A stretch of DNA of 8,199 nt from Amoeboaphelidium protococcarum X5 (lineage: Eukaryota > Fungi > Aphelidiomycota): the NCBI GenBank assembly GCA_023515725.1, contig JALDTO010000189.1, positions 1 to 8,199 of the forward strand, given 5' to 3'. The notes beneath the pieces are model-generated. The model had not been told where the DNA came from. It ran no database searches and worked only from the letters and a program-made list of their open reading frames with translations. A program made the translations under genes and the position numbers. Positions 7,248-8,199 of the stretch are shown here, in pieces. How positions within the stretch are numbered: position 1 is the first letter of the stretch; the number at the start of each line of letters is the position of its first letter.

Positions 7248-8199
7248 TCATACAGTGGAAGTGTTGTCGTATTCAATAGTGGGTATAATGGCATTCATAA
7301 ACTTGAGAAATACCACCATGTACTGATCAACGCGGATTTCATTACCACTCGACTGGAACATGTCCATCAACTTCTTCATAACGGCAGCATGTTTGCAAGG
7401 ATGTACACACACCATATGGATCATGGACAAGTGTGGGAACTCTTCCACGGTCACAGTCTTGTTCGCATGATCTTGTGAAATGTCTTGAAAGATATCTTTA
7501 GGCTTCAGTGGCTTCCCTTAAAAGTATCCTTGTAACCAGAGTCTAGGCGTCTGGTAATACTTGTCATACGTGATGTAAAGATCATACTTGCGCGCCATAT
7601 AATTACTGCTTGTATTGCTGACAGCACTGTTCAAGCGACTTAACTGATTTGCACTCTTCATAGAAGATGTATCTTATTGCAGCATCTAAGACGGAGGAGG
7701 AGGTAGATTCTTCATATTATCTGAGACCGCTGCAGCAGGATCTTCTTCAATCATCAACTCTTCAATATCCGGAATATCTTCATCATCATCGTCATGTTAA
7801 TCCTGATTCTATTCGCTCTTACCACTAATAGGATCATCATTATTCACATTAGAACTTTCATCACCTGCTGATCGCTACTACAAAGCAGTGGATTTATCAT
7901 CTTGGCCTTAAACTTTATTCTACAAATTACCACTACCGCCATCAGCAGCAGCGACAGTCTCATCATCAATATCTACAATTTCAGGTTCATCATCATCCTA
8001 CATCTCCAACACATATCCAACCCAATCATCCTCAACCGAACTACCATCATTGTCTCCATCGTGTCGCGATTACCAAGTCACCTCTCTGACAACTTGGTCA
8101 TTGAATATATCAGCGACTCGCCGTGTGCACTACACTCCTTTAGCACATAAATACTACTTGATACCTCTAGAATTCAAATAATCCTTCCGCTTAGTATCT
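7248..8199 (-). CDS. ATG3: Autophagy E2-like conjugating enzyme Atg3, 5'-partial (N-terminus lies beyond the window end)
   Basis: Open minus-strand frame from the window edge to TGA (tca 7248-7250) with TAR=Gln. Motifs: KRKDYL...K[TAG=Q]YLCAKGVQCTRR, long acidic flexible region, [52 protein letters not shown], catalytic HPC (7395-7403), FLKF (7299-7310), [10 protein letters not shown]. Confidence 0.95.

Noticed and set aside
7902-8150. Supplied 82-aa plus-strand ORF rich in Ile/Ser
   Set aside because: It is the antisense shadow of the acidic flexible region of ATG3.
285-8199. Interpretation as a cluster of pseudogenes riddled with nonsense mutations
   Set aside because: The interruptions are only TAA/TAG, never TGA or frameshifts. 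Several sit on conserved Gln sites, and all catalytic motifs and termini are intact.
285-8199. All six CDSs share the same codon phase (lowest coordinates all divisible by 3)
   Set aside because: A post-hoc pattern with no plausible mechanism. The genes have their own starts and TGA stops and lie on both strands, so this is not a polyprotein.
1-8199. Prokaryotic or phage features: operon, recoded phage, CRISPR array, mobile element, selenocysteine or pyrrolysine recoding
   Set aside because: The identifiable genes include eukaryote-specific families (ATG3, PhLP2, ABTB1, PP2A-like). No repeat arrays, terminal repeats or transposase motifs were seen. Both TAA and TAG map to Gln, which does not fit Pyl or Sec.

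Overview
Gene-dense (~82% coding), apparently intronless eukaryotic nuclear DNA that uses a non-standard genetic code. TAA and TAG encode glutamine and TGA is the only stop (ciliate-type code, NCBI table 6). The supplied standard-code ORF track therefore shows only fragments. Read by hand with TAR=Gln, the window holds five complete genes and one partial gene, each ending in TGA: a secreted M14A zinc carboxypeptidase (285-1598 +), a PPG1-type PP2A-family phosphatase (1872-2828 +), an ABTB1-like ankyrin/BTB protein (2928-4589 -), a probably mitochondrion-targeted LEA-like hydrophilin (5208-6299 +), a phosducin-like protein 2 (6429-7175 +), and the autophagy E2 enzyme ATG3 (7248->8199 -, 5' part outside the window). 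A fungal-type PPG1 combined with TAR=Gln suggests a fungus-related lineage such as the aphelid Amoeboaphelidium (inference). All family assignments come from recalled motifs; no database search was run.
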